Source of the DNA: Antedon mediterranea
Taxonomy: Eukaryota > Animalia > Echinodermata
Length of the DNA stretch: 64,000 nt
Reading direction: 5' to 3'
Assembly: GCF_964355755.1 (NCBI RefSeq)
Contig: NC_092674.1
Span: forward strand, 29,450,001-29,514,000
Part shown: one piece after another, positions 14,601-26,400 of the stretch
Numbering within the stretch: position 1 is the first letter of the stretch
Layout: each line of letters opens with the position of its first letter
The notes under the pieces: generated by a model
The model's database searches: none
Told to the model about the DNA's origin: nothing
Seen by the model: only the letters and a program-made list of their open reading frames with translations
Translations under genes and position numbers: made by a program

Positions 14601-17600
14601 TACAAAACTATTTATATACTATGAATTAAAATAGTTATAGGAGAGTCTTCTTCCATTTAGGAGCAAACTTCATAGTTGAAGGCTACTGCTCCACTGGCTG
14701 TTGCAATTCCACTTCTTTTTCATCTTTATTTTTGCATACAGTGTGTGGTGTATATAAATGTTATGGACATTTTAGTATTCATATTTACATACATACTTTA
14801 TCAATAAAAACATTAACATCATCATCAGTGTATCACATTTGTCACCAATTACATTGTCATCATTACATTGTCATTGTCATCATTACAACATTCATCATTG
14901 TAGACCATCACAAACAATTTTACTGAATGAAAATGAACCCAGTGTTTATGAAAAGTAATTCACCACCATCCCATGGGTCCTGTTACATAAAGTACTGAAG
15001 AAGGAGGAGGCATCAGCCTCAAAGCCCTCTACTTACACTAAATACTAATTGAGGCCAACAGCTATCTACATACTTTACTAATCACCACATGCTGTTAACA
15101 TTCTCTAAGCAAGCATCTGATTGGTCAGTTGGGAGAGTATCGGGCATCTTATTCGCCACACCTGCTGTGAACTGATACCTTAGCTATCATTGGTGGTAGA
15201 AATGTGTAGGCTTACACAAGTTTATTGGGATTTCTTGTAGGCCAGGGTTGTGTTCAAAGTGCTCCGATACAATTGTGCTATGAGGATTTGATTGTTTATA
15301 GACTGTTGTTTATTTGGTTCTGGGATATTATTAACTTGATTACTATGTGGTTTCAGTTGGAGTTTGTTCCTCTTCCATCACCAACTCTAGTAAGTAGGTA
15401 TAATTATAGTAGAACACTTAAGCATTAAGGAGATGACCATTCTTTACTCCATGAGATGACCCACCAGCAAAGGGTCCCCTAAATAGAGGTGTCCCCTGAA
15501 TAGAGGTTAGCCCATGTTCATTAGAAAATTTCTCCTTGAATAGTTATGCCCCAAAGGAATGGATCCACTGTAGGCTACATTTTTCTGCTGATCTGATTGT
15601 TTTCGGTTTATTTTTTGTTTTGCTGACTCTTGGCCTTGGGTTGTTATTCTGTTTTGTAACTTGTGATATTTTACTTCACAACACTGTATAGTGGCTTAGA
15701 TGTGACCTTTTCATCATTTACCTCTCCCTGGTATTAGAAAGAAGTAAACAGACTTGTGTTAGTGTTAATCTGGTCACGGGCCATTCATGTTAAAATGCAA
15801 AAACATTCAAATATGCATCCGTTAACTTGGTGCAATCAAGCCTAAAGCTCTGTCTTACACTATTAAACTAGTTTGACAACAAAATGTGTGATGTGCCTAA
15901 ATATAGTAGTGATATGCCTAAATATGGTATTGATATGACATCATCATGTCCATATATGGGCTCATCACATTTTAAAAAAAAATAAAGTTTGATAGTGTAG
16001 ACAGAGCTCTAAAGAAGTCTATATCACAGTATCACAAACTTTTATGGAATTTACAAATTCACCGGTGCTTGACTGGAGTGTAAGATAGATACAATATACA
16101 TCATTATCTATTGTTTATGCATTGGAATACTTTAGGTAGTATTGTTACTTGTATCATTACTTACAATAAATTTCAGTTTCGTTACTTTGTCTTTATTTTC
16201 AGGATGCGGATGATGAACGTAGCATGAGTGAAACAGATCGTGAAGAATATGAAGAAGAAATAATGGATCAGTTGGAACGAGAGGAAGAAGAAGAAAGGAA
16301 ACGTGAAGAGCGCCATCGCTCGATTGAACAAGATGAAAGGGTAAGTTTATTTAAGAAATTTTCTATTTCTACTTTTATTTGAACACACTTAAATTTATTA
16401 TTTTAAAAGGATATAATATGATAATTAATGCTGTATTAATTTTTATTTATTTCCATAGCCTTCTGAAGCTCCAGTATCACAATCTTTAAAAAAACCAGAA
16501 CCAAACTTGAACTTTGACCGGTTTCAAGAACAGAATAGACCTATTAGGTCATCATCACCATCGTACTCGGTTCCAAAACCGTTTAAACCAGCTCAGAACA
16601 AGTTTCACTCAGTTCCGTTAAGAACGCACAAAGACGCTGAGCCAGGCCGCGATAAACTCATAAAACGCAGATCAGATTTCTTCAGTAAGATTCCGGACTT
16701 AAGTGTCCTGCCGGTGTTTGGCTATTCAGGTAGAAAAGGGTAACTTAAGGGGTCTAAGACATGACTACTCAACCTGCTGTAAAATCGTGTCTGTTGTTTT
16801 GAAATCAACTGTATTACGCAGGAACAATTACTTTCTTCATGATACTGTTACGATAATGCAAACTGAAAAATTAAAAAATAATGTCCACAAAAGTTATTTT
16901 AAGGCTACATTACTCGATTTCAAATTATTTGGTCAACCAGTTCAGTGATTTTGTCTTCACTATAATTTAAATATAATATATAAATTTATACTTCGCTACA
17001 AAATGAAATATTGTTTCTAAATTGCAATTCGTCGTCAGCAGTTGATTTATCAACTACAGGCAATATTTTATTCCCAGCATAACATTTGGTATAAATTTCT
17101 GTATCACATTAACTGGTAAGTAACAAGCCCTTACCCTACCACACCTCATCCACCCACTTACCCAATTACCCTTCCTAACTACACCCTTAACAGCATGGTA
17201 TACCAACAACTACTACCTGACATAGCCAGTCACTTACAGTGCATGTCCAGTAATATTACTCTGCATGTTTAGTTAAGGTTTATTCATACTATTGATTTGT
17301 AATTTAAAAGACTAAAGCTCTGTTTACACTATCAAACTAGTTTGACAAATAAAGTGTGCCCAAATATGGTAGTGATATGACATCATCATGTCCATATATG
17401 GGCACATCACATGTTTTTGTCGCATAAAGTTTGATAGTGTAGACAGAGCTTAAAGGCTTTTTAAAGTATAATAAGCTGTTGTTTTAATGTTTCTGTGTGA
17501 TAAGGATTTTTTTAAAGTTACTAAAGTATCAATAAAAAAAACAAAAAATCTTAAATAAAAATAAAAATACAGTAGAATGAACTCATTCATGCATACAAAA

Positions 17601-20600
17601 GAAATCTAGGTGTGAAAAGTTGAGATTAAGAAATAATTATATTAGCGCTTTTTTTCTTGGGCAATGTAACACATTTAGTTTAGGCCTAATTTAAATATTC
17701 TTCCCTATTTTATTTGGTTAAATTAATGATTATAGGACTATGAATGTTTTATGCTTAGTCATATAGATGTATTAATTAGGAGTTTTTAATTAGAAATATA
17801 GATCTATTATAGTTTGGAATTCAAAGTATTCAAATATATTTAAATACAAAGAAATTCCAATGAAAGTACTACAGATAGTACTGTAGTACATAGTTATTAT
17901 TAATTATTAGTGAACAGTATTGAATATAACATTGACAAGTGCATGCATATCATCTCACATTAAGTATGGCAACAATTGTCATAATTTAGTCACTATTTTA
18001 AACAATCTCATCTTATTCTAACTTTTTTCCTTTTTTAAACTCTTTCCTTCTAATATTTCTGTCATTTATATGCTTTGCCAAATAAACTTTATATATATTT
18101 ATATTCTATGTTTATTCATCATATTTTATATTGTGTTTTTATAGATGATGAGGAGAATACAAATGTTGAAGAATTATGGAAGCAAGTGGAACAACCAGTG
18201 GAGAAAGAAAAACCAGTACCGGTAACCGCTCCAAAACCGAGACGTAGAAGCTTCAACGTAGACGAAGAGAGAAAGCGTTTGGAGCGTTGGCAGCAAGAAC
18301 AAGAACGGTTACGACAAGAAAGATATGCTAAGGATCAAGAGAAACTAAGAATTGAAAACCAAAAAGCTTTAGAAAAAGCGGCGGAAGATGAAAAGAAGAA
18401 AAAGAAAATGGAGGATGAAAAATTAGATGAAATGACTCAAAGACTAATTAGTCCTCGTGAAGAAATGGACAGTACAGTTGAAGACCAGTTTATGGATCGA
18501 CTTTTAGAAGAGGAAGAAATTAGAGATAAAAGGAGGTTAAAAGAAAATCATGTAGCAGAGCAACATTCAAATAGGGCAGAATGGGAAAGGCGAGAGGAAG
18601 AAGCTAGAGAAAGAGACAGAGTGAAGGCACAAGAAGAAGAAAGAATGGAAAGAGAACATGCAATGAAACTGAAAAAGGAAAGACAAGAGAAAGAAAGATT
18701 AGAACAGGAACGAAGAGATGAAGCTATACGAAAAGAGCATGAAGCAATGGAAAGGAAGTTAAAAGAAGAAAAGGAAAATTTAGACAGAAAATGGCGAGAG
18801 CTGCAGAAAGAAAAGGAAATGCAAGAGGAGAGGGAACGGCAGGAACGTGAAAGACTTGATCAGCTACGAGCTGAGCAAGATCGGTTGAGACAGGAGCGAT
18901 ACCGGTTAGAACAACAACAATTAGAAGAGAAGCGATTGTTAGATCTTGAACGTGAAAGATTGTTGCGTCAAGCCCGTGCAGAATCGCAACAACACCATGT
19001 GCCGAATAAATCACAGTATCGCCAACTAGCAGGAATCAGTCAAGAACCAAGTCCAATGGAAAGAGACAATCCTTTCAAGGCTTCAACTGAATCTTTGGAG
19101 GATAAATTTTTACCAAAAAACCATGAAGGGAAGAACGGGCATGGACGTGATCGCAATGATAATAAGCTAATTCCAGAAAAAGACAAACCCCAACAATCGT
19201 TTATGTCAAAGTATAAAGGTAAAAAATACAATTGTTTTGTAGCAATATTAAAATTTGATCTTCACTATCAAACTTTATGTGACAAAAAATGTGATGTGAT
19301 AGACACGATGATGTCATATCACTACCATATTTGGGGATATCACTACCATATTTGGGAACCTCACACTTTTTTGATAGTGTAGACAGAGCTTTAAATGTAT
19401 TTATACTTTATTACAGATACAAGTGCACCAGGAAACACTCACTGGTTGGTACAAGAAGCTGAACGACGTCGAGTAGCTGACCAACAGAAAAGAAACATGG
19501 AATCGCCAACAAACCACATCAAAGCTGATCTTGACCGAGAACCTGTACTAGAAAAAGAAACCGCAATCAACTCAGAAAGCAGTCCATTTACAGAGAGCGC
19601 CCCCAACTCTAAATACATCGAGAACGAGGAACCGGTGAGGATGAGAGCGAAACGTAGTAATGCGAACGATTGGCAGGCAAAGAAAGAAAACAGACGATCC
19701 ATGCCTACATTTGATAACCACCTTGAAGACGACCCTCGACAAACACAAGATGATGCTGATGTTATACGACGTAGTTTTACACCAAATGACACGTTTGCTG
19801 CACCCCCCTCCAGTACTAATGGACCACTCCCAGATGCAGTTATGCAGGTACATTGTTTATTTCATTTTGAGAGGGTAGCCCTCTTAGTAATAAAACTGAT
19901 CTCAAGGTGCCCTATGACACATTTAAAAACCTAACAATTTAAAACAATTTAACCTAAATTTAAGCTTGTTCCCTTTCTATATAGACACCAATCATTAAAT
20001 AGTATACAAATAATGAATGTTTATGATTGTAATGGAATAAATAATGGCATGAGGTACTATTGCACGCCATGTGACCAACAATCATCCAATCAAATGACAG
20101 GAATTTATTTAGGTGTTATATTTATTTAGTGTTATATAATTTATATTGATTGGTTTTACTGTTTTTCTCCAGACATTTCCACAAAAGGCTAATGGTCCAA
20201 ATCCAGTAAACAACCAACTAGCAAACCTTGGTAAAGGCTCCGCATTCCAGCCGTTGGGTCAGAAGAAACAGCCACGGTCAGTCAGCGGCAAAGTCTCATG
20301 TACAAACTGTACCAAACCGTTAGGACGTGGAGCAGCTATGATCATTGAGTCACTGGGACTTCATTATCATATAGATTGCTTTAGGGTAAGTCTTTATGTT
20401 TTTAGTCTCCCCAAGAGAGAGAGAGAGAGCTGCAGAACTGGGCAACTGCAAACAATGACACAGCTAAAGCTCGAAATGCAAATTAATTCAGCCTTAAGAA
20501 CCGATTTAAATTGTCGTCATTGTACTTGTTGCCATTGTACCGAATGATAGCTATATATTTCTTAGTGTCTCAGTTTATCGATTGCATGAGCTGATATTAG

Positions 20601-21322
20601 TCGGTATATTTTTCCCTTCTTAAGGCCAATTTACACAGACGAGCGGTAACGGTAATAAAAATATAGAATCTTTTATTTCGTATGATAATTTACACAATAC
20701 GCTCATGATAGATACAATTCTATGTGGGACAAGCTGCACAGTTTTCTACTTATCGTTAAATGGTAAATTGGCCTTTAGTGTTGTGTGTTGTTCTAATGTT
20801 GTATAGGCCGATACTAATTTGTGTATATTTTTCCTTTTTTAGTGTTGTGTGTGTAACATTCTAATGTTGTATAGGCCGATACTAATTTGTGTATATTTTT
20901 CCTTTCTTAGTGTTGTGTGTGTAGCATTCGACTTGGCAACGGAAGCAAAGGTACAGATGTCAGGATAAGAGCCTCCAAGTTACATTGTCAAAGTTGCTAT
21001 AGTAATGATGCAGGTAAGATTAGGTCTATTCTATTTTGTTTGGAAGACAACTATGGGGGCCATAGCCAGCAAGAATTTTCAATTTTCTCCACTCACCCCA
21101 ATTGCCCACCACAGTATTATATTTAAAGCATCCCTGCCTTGTCTGTTTTTAACTTCTCGCTACGGTCTTCAGTATACTGCCTTATGTCTATTCTCATGCA
21201 TTTGTATGTTTAGCAGTGATGTACTGATGTAACAAAATCAAGTGATACTACCTAAACACTATCTTACTGTTTTTTTTGTTATTAATTCCCTCTTTGCAGG
21301 ATTTGAATTTACGGAAGTATAA
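2605..21322 (+). CDS. LMO7: LMO7/LIMCH1/Smallish-like PDZ + coiled-coil + LIM protein, 5'-partial (N-terminus lies upstream of the window)
   Basis: Phase-consistent GT-AG exons: 2605-2802, 4405-4686, [6275-6292], [7630-7656], 8346-8478, 9416-9577, 10411-10516, 11630-11906, [12410-12454], [12826-12855], 16203-16340, 16459-16684 (alternative donor 16729), 18145-19218, 19417-19847, 20173-20385, 20911-21013, 21300-21322 (stop). Brackets mark candidate microexons. PDZ: KGFGFSFSGG...VQPGDVIVSVNG. Long E/R/K coiled coil with RWQQEQERLRQERY and [54 protein letters not shown]...TDVRIRASKLHCQSCY, typical of LMO7/LIMCH1. Confidence 0.88.
3872..4072. mobile_element. Small TIR element (about 200 bp)
   Basis: 18-bp inverted repeat GCAGGCCTTGTCTTTTGA / TCAAAAGACAAGGTCTGC with 1 mismatch. 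Confidence 0.5.
4805..4976. mobile_element. MITE family A
   Basis: Same TIR and core as 1497-1634, degenerate. Confidence 0.75.
5721..6019 (+). mobile_element. Degenerate tRNA-derived CORE-like SINE
   Basis: A-box-like TGGCACAGTGTTGG; CORE-like TCCTTAGGCAAGACACTTTAC...CACCCAGGTGTATGAAATGGGTAC; tail GCGCTATATAAGAA...TATTATTATT resembling L2 3' ends. Confidence 0.65.
7049..7200. mobile_element. PIF/Harbinger-like MITE family B (decayed copy)
   Basis: Ends ...CTAGTGGGAACCAAGCT; similar to 44322-44500, with some CpG to TpG/CpA changes. Confidence 0.7.
7346..7460. repeat. 37-bp tandem repeat x3
   Basis: ATCAATTCTGATACTGATTCACTATCATGTTATCATT at 7346, 7383 and 7420. Confidence 0.9.
8905..9410. 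repeat. Intronic minisatellite: 52-bp units, then ~99-bp units
   Basis: CTCATTTACATACTGCGTTCATACCAAGGGGTATGTAAATAGGAAGGTCA occurs 7 times. The last three are extended by AATCGTCTGCTCACTACATTCACTCTAATAT. Confidence 0.92.
9854..9931. repeat. 10-bp tandem repeat ATT(G/A)GTATTA, about x8
   Basis: Read directly from the sequence. Confidence 0.9.
11291..11428. mobile_element. MITE family A
   Basis: Family A TIR and core. Confidence 0.8.
13440..13948. mobile_element. MITE family A split by a SINE insertion
   Basis: Left half 13440-13539 and right half 13896-13948 rejoin to the family consensus. Confidence 0.8.
13540..13895 (+). mobile_element. tRNA-derived SINE with Deu/Nin-like central domain
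   Basis: A box TGGCCGAACGG, B box GGTTCGAGGC, stem GAGCGAG/CTCGCTC. Central TCGGATAAGGACTATAAACCGTAGGTCC...TTCGAGACGAGTAGGGGGTTACCCCGGTGT resembles the Deu/Nin domain as recalled. A-rich tail; TTAT on both sides. Confidence 0.75.
15846..16008. mobile_element. MITE family A
   Basis: Family A TIR and core. Confidence 0.8.
17316..17450. mobile_element. MITE family A with intact TAA TSD
   Basis: TAA|AGCTCTGTTTACACTATCAAACT...AGTTTGATAGTGTAGACAGAGCT|TAA. A 3-bp TWA TSD indicates PIF/Harbinger. Confidence 0.88.
19255..19390. mobile_element. MITE family A
   Basis: Family A core and right TIR; fills most of a 198-bp intron. Confidence 0.75.
20623..20774. mobile_element. PIF/Harbinger-like MITE (family D) with TTA TSD
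   Basis: TTA|AGGCCAATTTAC...GTAAATTGGCCT|TTA, a perfect 12-bp TIR. Confidence 0.8.
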
Positions 21323-23359
21323 ATCTACTACAATACAGTGTCAAACAACAGAACAGTGTCAAAAAACTAACTGCAACCTAACGCTACTGAAAGAAAGATC
21401 CAGTTCAGACCTTCCAACTGACGGTGACGTGTAGGATGTTCACGAACAGAGCTAAATGAAAGTGATAAAATATCACATCGTTACACACTACCCAAGGCAT
21501 CTGAAATCTATAAATTGACATTTTGAAATTAATTAATAAGATATTTATCAAATAAGTTTATAACTTTGTTTTGTTTTACAAAATGTGATTCAAGGAGAAA
21601 TAATCAACTGTGTGGTACTTGTGGTTATAAGCTCACCCTCCTGATGGGGTGGGCTTATTCCTGAGTGAGATAAATAAATTGTGGTATTGTTACCATATTT
21701 AATTTAGGATATTTGAATAAAAACTTAATATGTTACTTTGGTAATTAAGAGAGAGTTGGAAATTATTACTTTAATTATTAATATTATGACTCGAAAAAAG
21801 TCTTCTATTTTGGCGTTGTAAGAAGATTTAGTTACTATAGTTACCATAGAGAAGTCTTGTTACTTTTGTCTGTACATAAGAAAGTTTATCATTGTACATT
21901 AAATTGAGACGTTGTTGATAAGTTATGTGGTGGTTTAAATAAGAATGTAAATAAAAATAATGATTACGATAGTACTGTAAAAATTAATGTAATGAATCTT
22001 ACTGACTTTCACTAATTCTTTGTCTTCCAATCAGATATTAGCATAGAGCTATACATTTATAATTTATAGCTACATGATATTAGCAAGATTTCATTTTGGG
22101 ATGGTAGACAAAGGAGACAATAATTGTATACAAAAGAGTAATTTACAAATCACATAGTCTAGGTTCAGCTATTTGACTTAATATTGGTAAAAAGATAATA
22201 TATTTTGGCACACTTGGCGTTTCATACGTATAATAAATACTTGAGCTGGAAGTTTCCAGACAAAAATCAAAACGCTGACTAGTGGATAACAACAACAAGA
22301 GAAAAACAGTAAATAAAAACCTGGGGGAGTATAAACAGCCCAGTATACTCGTTCTATTCATTATCAGAACTTTATTTGATAAATTAATTGTTGTCCTTTA
22401 TCTACCGTCCCAAAACGAAGCCTTGATAGTCTTGTTAACATATCTATTCTCTTGTGCTATACTATTTGTACATTCTACTCATCTTTTAGATTTTTAAAAT
22501 TTTACTTTCAATTCATTTGTATTCATAGAAACTTATCAATAATAACGCAACAAATTTGTGTTGACACAAATTAAGATTTTGTACTAAATACATGGGCTTT
22601 CACAGTATATATGGATGTACAACATGTTTTTGGAGTTATTTTTGTAACCATGGAATCTCGGAATAATTTAGATAGCCAAAAACAATTCTTCTTGCATTAG
22701 TAATAGAAAATTATGTACTTAAATAATTTATATGGTTTATATAGAAATTGCATAATTTACATACATCACTGTGATGCCCAACTGGAAGCCATGTTAGTTT
22801 TATAAAGCCATGAAACTATTTAAAATAATAAATAATTAAATAATATTAATATTTAATTAATAATTAATTGAAGTTCATATCTTAGATTTTTATTTAAATT
22901 CCTCATACTCAGAAAGGCTGTCAAAATACTGAAACATAAATGTTTTTCTTTGTTCTTTATTGAATAAATATATGTGGTGGTATCGCATGCATTTGTTTGA
23001 TATTTATTCTTTTGAATAATAAAGAGTGTTTACCATAAATTGATATAAATTAGAATTATTATATAGTGTATAGGAATTGAATGAGTTAATTTCATATACC
23101 TTTGAAGGTGCTAAGTTCGTTGGATTGTTCAGTTGGATTGTAGGCACCTTTGCAATTATTTTAGGGAACAAATTAAATTTACAGCATAGTTTTGTATATT
23201 TTGGCTTCTTAAATAAAAAGAAACGATTTCTTTAAATTATTATTGTGTGAATTTCTTGTATTTTTTTCTGCCTGATTAAATAATAATTGTGTTTAGCGCC
23301 CTCATTTCCGCCAACAAAATTAGATAAAAGGTCAAATAACAATTAACATAAAAAGGGGA

Positions 23360-23435
23360 AAGCCCAATGACGCAACGGCTGTACAAAATCGTACGATATT
23401 TTAACGCTGTTTGATTGGATGACAGCTCGTGGCAC
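23360..23435 (+). promoter_or_regulatory. SREBP proximal promoter: two NF-Y boxes and a CRE half-site
   Basis: CCAAT at 23364 overlapping TGACG, and ATTGG at 23414, about 75-130 nt upstream of the ATG in CpG-retaining sequence. Confidence 0.5.
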
Positions 23436-23491
23436 TACAGTCCATTTACGATAATTCCACACAAAAACATATCGAAAGACAAACAGTGAAG

Positions 23492-26400
23492 ATGGACGAT
23501 ACAGGGCAAGGCTGGCTTTTTCAAGACAGCACTCTGCCCCCGATGGACCCTAATTTTGGAGCTGCCAGTGATGGAAGTGAATTACTGTTTAATGATATTG
23601 ATGGTGAGTTTTTACTCTTTAGTATTGAACAAATACATGATTTAATGCTCGTCTAAAAGCTAGGCTAGTGGAACGTCCGAGGCGACCCCGCTATCAATTT
23701 GTGATTGTGTGTGTAGTGTCAGTGCGTACCTATCTATGAACTGGCCGAGAGCCCTCCCTGTTATGTGACCAAGCATAGGTTTTGTAACAATAATGTTGAT
23801 GTTATTTTTTTTCGAGATATGCAAGCAATTACTAGGCCTAGGCTAACCTAATAAATGGTGGGCCTAGCCTACTTTAAAAACCTTATTAACCCTTTTATGA
23901 TATGTCCTTTCTTTGAGGTTTTTGGTCAGCCAAAGTAATTTTTTTTTGTTCAATTTTGTTTAGCTTGGTTGGCCATTCAGTGGCCTTGCATTATTTAATT
24001 TAAGCTTGACGTAATTTTTTGCCATGCAATAGGGCTTTTTTACTACAGTCCTCATTCACACATTTTATAATAATATATTAAAAATGATCTCATTTCAGAT
24101 ATAATAACTGCAGGTTTTGATTCGAACCAACAAGATTTCTCCATTCTTGATGGCACGTGGGATTCTATGCAGGATGGCTCCCAAACATACCTCACGGATG
24201 AAAGCTTTGACCTATTGCCAGCGGCGCAAGTCCCTCAAAACCAACAAGTATTATCACCGCCAACGCAGGTTGTGCCGCCAACAGTACGCACCGTACTCTC
24301 ACCCTCAATGCAGATACTACCAAATGCACAAATTCTAACCCAATCAGCTCAGATACTGTCCCCTACACCAAAGGTTGTATCCCCCACTCATGAAGCGATT
24401 TCTCCTAAACAAATCCTAACACAGAAGCAAACTCTGACGAATAGCATCCCTCAGCAGCAGGTTCTGCAGCTCCAACTGCAGCCCCAGCAGCAGCAGATTT
24501 TAACACAGCAAACGCAAGCAGTGACTGAGAAGCCAGCAACAGAAAACACTGTACAGCAACAGACAGTACAAATACAGCAAATCATACAACAGTTGCAACA
24601 GGCAGCTCAGCAAGTATCTGCTGCAGCTTGCAAGACAGTTGCAACTTCAGCCGCGGCTTCCAATCAACCATTTAACAAGTCATATCAACAGGTGAAAATT
24701 GAACATTTTAATTCTGTTATTTTCTTTTTATTTTAAATACATTTTGTTTAATAAATGTATTACCAGTAGCTGAATACTAAATGCTAAATGTTCTTTCCTT
24801 TTAGGTTTTGGTTCCACAAATTATCAAGACAGAATCTGGACAGTCCGTACCTGTGGTGGTAACTACTTCCGCTATCTCAAATGTGGTTGTGGAACAACAA
24901 GACAAGATGCGAATTGCACGTATAAATGCGACAAACAACTTGCAAGCACAACAGCTACCGAAGGGAGAAAAACGAACAAACCACAATGCCATTGAAAAGC
25001 GTTATCGTTTCAGTATCAACAACAAGATTCTGGAGCTGAAAGAGATGGTGGTTGGAAATGATGCAAAGGTAACTAAATCTATACATATACTGTAGCTGTA
25101 GCGCCTATGCCTATGTCACTATCTCCTTCTTAAACATGGGGCCAATAATCTACCGTTTTCCCCATTTAATTTCTCCTGATAAGTTTAATCTATGTTTTTT
25201 AGACCAGTTACTTGGAAACGGCTGAAAAAATGTTCTGTAACTGCCCTGGGTATCACATTCAAACTATTTCATGATAAGGAACAATATTCTTAAATAACTA
25301 CTAAAAAGTTATTTTAAAAATTAATTTTGTAGGGTTATGTATTGTCTGTCCAAAGCGGTATAAAATAAGACATTAAATCTGTATTTTATGGATATTTAGA
25401 ACAATTTAAAATTTTTTTTGTTAAATCATATATTTATATTTTTAGAAATTTATAATAAATTAATAGCCTTTTAGTATTCTATAGTAGTAGGATTCTGATG
25501 CAATAATACACACTGGTTTTATGCCTTACGTGTGAATGAACAGCTATACCTCCTTATGTCAGGCCATTGCCTATTAGCCAATCACAGAGCAGTATTTGTG
25601 ATCTGTTGATGATTGCCTTCATTTGTTATGATGAACTTTACCGCAGGTCATGCAGCAAGCAGATATTTCAAATGCCAGATGGCTGTATAGAATTCGCAAA
25701 GATCTGCCTAATTAGTTTCAGATTTAATTAACTTGTTAATATTGCTTCGTTTGTTTTAGTAGTACTAAAGTAATTACTTTCACAAACATAATATTAAATA
25801 ATAATATAATAGATTATGAATTTTAATTGCTAACTGGAAGGATGAATGAAACTGCTGTTCCAAAAAAGTGGCATTGCAGCTTGGTTGTTGAAATACTGGC
25901 TTATTAATTCAAGGTTCTTGGTTCAAGTCCTGCACCAATGTAAAATGCACTAGTGTAAAAAAAAGTAATCTTTATTTTTCAGATTCAGAAATCTGGGATA
26001 TTGCAGAAAGCGATAGATCTTGTTAAATATTTAAGGAAAACTGTAGAGAATTTGAAACAAGAAAATAGAATATTGAAAGCACAAGTAGAAAGACTTAAAA
26101 ATGGTATGAGATTGATTTTAGATTATAATATAATTACCATGACCTTTGACATTGGATCACACACTGAACGCATGATATCCACATGTGCTCTTGAATGCTC
26201 TGAATATTGTATTCAGCGATACAGAAATACATTAATGAAGTAAATTTTTTTTTTTTTAGTTAATTTTTTTCATTTTTATCTATAGAATTTTTTCTGTTTT
26301 AAAGTATAGTAGTAAAAAAACTGCCTTTCTGAAAAACTTCTATATAAAATTTTAATTTATTTTTCGCAAACTTGTAGGTTTGCCTATTGATGACCTTGAC

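Noticed and set aside
17039-17115. Exon-like segment ending in CTG|GTAAGT in an LMO7 intron
   Set aside because: Every upstream AG tested gives an in-frame TAA in phase 1. It could only be a poison or non-coding exon, which the sequence alone cannot support.
18724-19878. Antisense and alternate-frame ORFs over the large LMO7 exons
   Set aside because: Shadows of the real coding frame with no recognisable motifs.
21115-21232. Possible alternative last exon of LMO7 (GLQYTAL.../FSCI)
   Set aside because: No convincing acceptor and stop combination; the 21300 exon has a much better acceptor.
23429-23491. GTG-initiated N-terminal extension of SREBP in the ORF track
   Set aside because: ATG 23492 (AAGATGG, MDD...) has good context and fits SREBP N-termini; the upstream part overlaps the promoter or 5' UTR.
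25876-25937. tRNA-like sequence ending in CCA
   Set aside because: D and anticodon arms do not pair; treated as a decayed SINE head or pseudo-tRNA.
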